A stretch of DNA of 64,000 nt from Longimicrobiales bacterium (GTDB taxonomy: Bacteria; Gemmatimonadota; Gemmatimonadetes; Longimicrobiales; Gaopeijiaceae). Positions 61,469-64,000 of this stretch are shown here, piece after piece. Position numbers and translations under genes: made by a program. The stretch lies in the NCBI GenBank assembly GCA_965202805.1, contig OZ241869.1:2528001-2592000 (forward strand), read 5' to 3'. How positions within the stretch are numbered: position 1 is the stretch's first letter; every line of letters starts with the position of its first letter. The notes below the pieces were generated by a model. That model worked only from the letters and a program-made list of their open reading frames with translations, was not told where the DNA came from and ran no database searches.

Positions 61469-63721
61469 ATGAACTCGCCGAGGCCCGGGGGCTTCTCCCG
61501 GGCCGTTTGCCTCCCGGTGCTGGCCGCCCTGCTGGCTCCCGTCCCCATCGTCGCCCAGGCCAACGGGCCCGAGGCGCGCGCGACCGCGAACCCCGTGCCC
61601 CGTCCCCCCACCATCGACGGGGTGCTCGACGAGCCCTTCTGGGCGATGATCGAGCCGGTCACCGACTTCCGCCAGCGCGACCCGGTGGACGGCGCGCCCG
61701 CCAGCGAGCCCACCGAGGTGCGCATCGGCTACGACGCCAACGCCCTCTACTTCGGCTTCGTCTTCCACGACTCCGAGCCCGCGCTCATCCGGCGCAGCAT
61801 CCTGCACCGGGGCGGGCGCATCGACAAGGACGACCGCGTCATCGTCGCGCTGGACACGTATCACGACCGCCGCAACGCCTACATCTTCGAGGTCGGCGCG
61901 CTGGGGACGCAGGACGACGCCCTCATCTCCGACGAGAGCATGACCCTGGACGACTGGAACTGGGACGGGGTGTTCACCAGCGAGACCCGGGTTACCGAGG
62001 ATGGCTGGGTGCTCGAGCTCGAGATCCCCTTCACCACCATCCGCTTTCCGGACACCGACGAGCCCACCATGGGCATCGCCTTCATGCGCTCGATCCGGCG
62101 CAAGAACGAGAGCGTGCTCTGGCCGCACATCGGGCAGGAGTACCGCTCGGGCATCTCTCAGGTGTCGCGCTATGCGACGCTGGAGGGGCTGCGCGGGCTC
62201 AGGCGCGGCCGCTACGCGGAGGTCAAGCCGTTCGCGATCGCGGGGACTCAGCGCATGGCGGGGGACGCGAGCTTCGAGGGGCAGACCGACGTGGGGCTCG
62301 ACGTCAAGTACGCCCTGACCTCGAATCTCACCTTCGACCTGACCTGGAACACCGACTTCGCGCAGGTGGAGTCGGACAACGTCCAGATCAACCTCACCCG
62401 CTTCGACCTCTTCTATCCCGAGAAACGGGAGTTCTTCCTGGAGCGAGCCGGCCTCTTCCAGTTCGGGACCCCGCGCCAGACCGAGGTCTTCTTCAGCCGG
62501 CGGGTCGGGCTCCAGGGCGACATCGCGGGAGGAGGGCGGCTCACCGGGCAGGCCGGACCCCTCTCGATCGGTGCCCTGGGGCTGCGCACGCGCGGATACT
62601 CGGATGATGCGCTCGCTCTGCCGGCGGCGTGGAACTCGGTGGTGCGGCTGCGAACCGACTTGCGACCGCGCACGACCCTCGGCGGGATCATCACCAGCCT
62701 CGATCACGAGAACGGCTGGGACCGCACCGCGGGTATGGACTTTTCCAGCCGCTTCTGGAGCAGCAGCGCCTTCAATGTGTGGGCGGCGCGGGTGTGGAAT
62801 CCGGACTTTGCCCCCTCCGCGACGGAGGTTTCGGGATCACCCGGGGGCACGGTATCGCCCGGATCCGCGGAGCCCCGGGACGCGGGCAGCGCCAACGCCG
62901 CGTCCGCCGAGCTGGTGCTCCAGAACGACCTGTACGTCGCGGGCGTTTCGCGCCTGGTCATAGACGATGGCTTTCAGCCGGCGCTGGGGTTCGTGCCCCG
63001 CACCGACCAGGACCGGTGGGAGGGCCGCGCCGGGGTCACACCCCGCTTCGAGTCCAGTAGCTGGGCGCGCCAGCTGATGCTCGACGTGAGCGGCCACCAC
63101 ATCCGGGGCAGAGACGGTGCGAAGCAGACTCACGAACTGGGAGCGAGCGCCGGACTGAACTTCCAGAGCGGGGAGTTCGCCAACATCGGGTTCCGCGAGC
63201 GCTTCGAGCGGCTGGAGACGCCGGCGCGAATCAGCGGACGGCGTCTCGCGGCCGGTGACTATCGCTTCCGGAGTCTCTACGCGCATGTGCGCACCAACGA
63301 CAGCCGCACCTTCTCCGGCGCGATTGCCGGATCCATCGGCGACTTCTGGTCCGGCACGCGGACCGAGATCGGAGGCGGCGCCACCTGGATCACCGGCCCG
63401 CACCTCACCATTGGCGGGAGGTATTCGTGGAACGGCGTCTCGTTGCCGGTGGAGGACGGGGATTTCTCGACCCACCTGGTGAGCGCAAACATCCAGGGCG
63501 CGGTGAGCCGCAAGCTCTTCGCCAACGCGCTCGTGCAGTGGGACAACCACTCGCGGGAGCTGCAGGCCAACATCCGCATCGACTGGATCCACACCCCTGG
63601 CAGCGACCTCTTCGTGGTCATCGATACAGGCTACCTGACCGGCGACCTCCTCGACCCGCGCGAGCCGCGCTGGCAGCGGCGCACGGGCGTGGTGAAGCTG
63701 ACGTATCTGATGGCGTTCTGA
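61469..63721 (+). CDS. CBM9-like + DUF5916 outer-membrane protein (second copy)
   Basis: PTIDGVLDEPFW, GWVLELEIPFTTIRF, NTDFAQVESD..QINLTRFDLFYPEKREFFLE, ends VKLTYLMAF. Confidence 0.82.
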   Translation: MNSPRPGGFSRAVCLPVLAALLAPVPIVAQANGPEARATANPVPRPPTIDGVLDEPFWAMIEPVTDFRQRDPVDGAPASEPTEVRIGYDANALYFGFVFHDSEPALIRRSILHRGGRIDKDDRVIVALDTYHDRRNAYIFEVGALGTQDDALISDESMTLDDWNWDGVFTSETRVTEDGWVLELEIPFTTIRFPDTDEPTMGIAFMRSIRRKNESVLWPHIGQEYRSGISQVSRYATLEGLRGLRRGRYAEVKPFAIAGTQRMAGDASFEGQTDVGLDVKYALTSNLTFDLTWNTDFAQVESDNVQINLTRFDLFYPEKREFFLERAGLFQFGTPRQTEVFFSRRVGLQGDIAGGGRLTGQAGPLSIGALGLRTRGYSDDALALPAAWNSVVRLRTDLRPRTTLGGIITSLDHENGWDRTAGMDFSSRFWSSSAFNVWAARVWNPDFAPSATEVSGSPGGTVSPGSAEPRDAGSANAASAELVLQNDLYVAGVSRLVIDDGFQPALGFVPRTDQDRWEGRAGVTPRFESSSWARQLMLDVSGHHIRGRDGAKQTHELGASAGLNFQSGEFANIGFRERFERLETPARISGRRLAAGDYRFRSLYAHVRTNDSRTFSGAIAGSIGDFWSGTRTEIGGGATWITGPHLTIGGRYSWNGVSLPVEDGDFSTHLVSANIQGAVSRKLFANALVQWDNHSRELQANIRIDWIHTPGSDLFVVIDTGYLTGDLLDPREPRWQRRTGVVKLTYLMAF

Positions 63722-63815
63722 GGGGAGTTCAGGACGAGCGCCCCCGCCGATTTCCATGAGCGTCCGCAGGAGAACGCGGGCCCTGCTTGATCAATCCGTC
63801 ACCGAAGGAGGACCC

Positions 63816-64000
63816 ATGCAGACTCCGTACACGAATGAAGCCGCGCTCGAGCACGCACGCCGACTCGCCGAAGTCGTCGGGCTCGCCGAGAACCAGCTGC
63901 CCACCACCGTCTTCGCCGACGTGCTGAACGGGCTCGCCGAGTGCGAGGCGATCCTGGCCGGGATGCCGCAGCAGGAAACGCCTCCCCCGATCACGAAGCA
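63816..64000 (+). CDS. Hypothetical protein, 5' part (runs off the window)
   Basis: Strong AAGGAGG RBS before the ATG; frame stays open (MQTPYTNEAALEHARRLAEVVG...) to the window end. Confidence 0.55.
   Translation, partial: MQTPYTNEAALEHARRLAEVVGLAENQLPTTVFADVLNGLAECEAILAGMPQQETPPPITK

Overview
Very GC-rich bacterial chromosomal segment. Gene content (GWxTD protein, 6-bladed propeller lipoproteins, DUF5916 barrels, NHL/PAL-like lipoprotein, FCB-type short sigma70, alternative complex III) suggests Gemmatimonadota; this is an inference, not a search result. It is mostly core genes: mutY (partial), a ChlI/MoxR-like ATPase, ETF-QO, NUDIX-ggt, lon, ygfZ, ypdA, a luxE/luxC-like fatty-acid reductase pair, a complete actABCDEF operon, hisN, trmJ, tatA, an acyl-CoA dehydrogenase, gcvH-gcvP-MBL hydrolase-lipoate ligase, exbB, slt, polA, ssb, a sigma factor and an imuA-imuB-dnaE2 cassette. 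Two accessory modules stand out. (1) A toxin-antitoxin-chaperone (TAC) operon at 12.0-13.4 kb: RelE/HigB toxin, an HTH antitoxin with a long tail ending in ssrA-like ALAA, and a SecB-like chaperone, beside a decayed M48 protease gene. (2) A PadR / HAAS-like membrane protein / mini-ExbB operon at 53.8-55.5 kb, preceded by four tandem operator-like palindromes; its mini-ExbB shares a 66/71-nt segment with the stand-alone exbB 14.9 kb away. No rRNA, tRNA, CRISPR array, integrase or transposase was recognised. All calls come from motif recognition by eye; no database searches were run.
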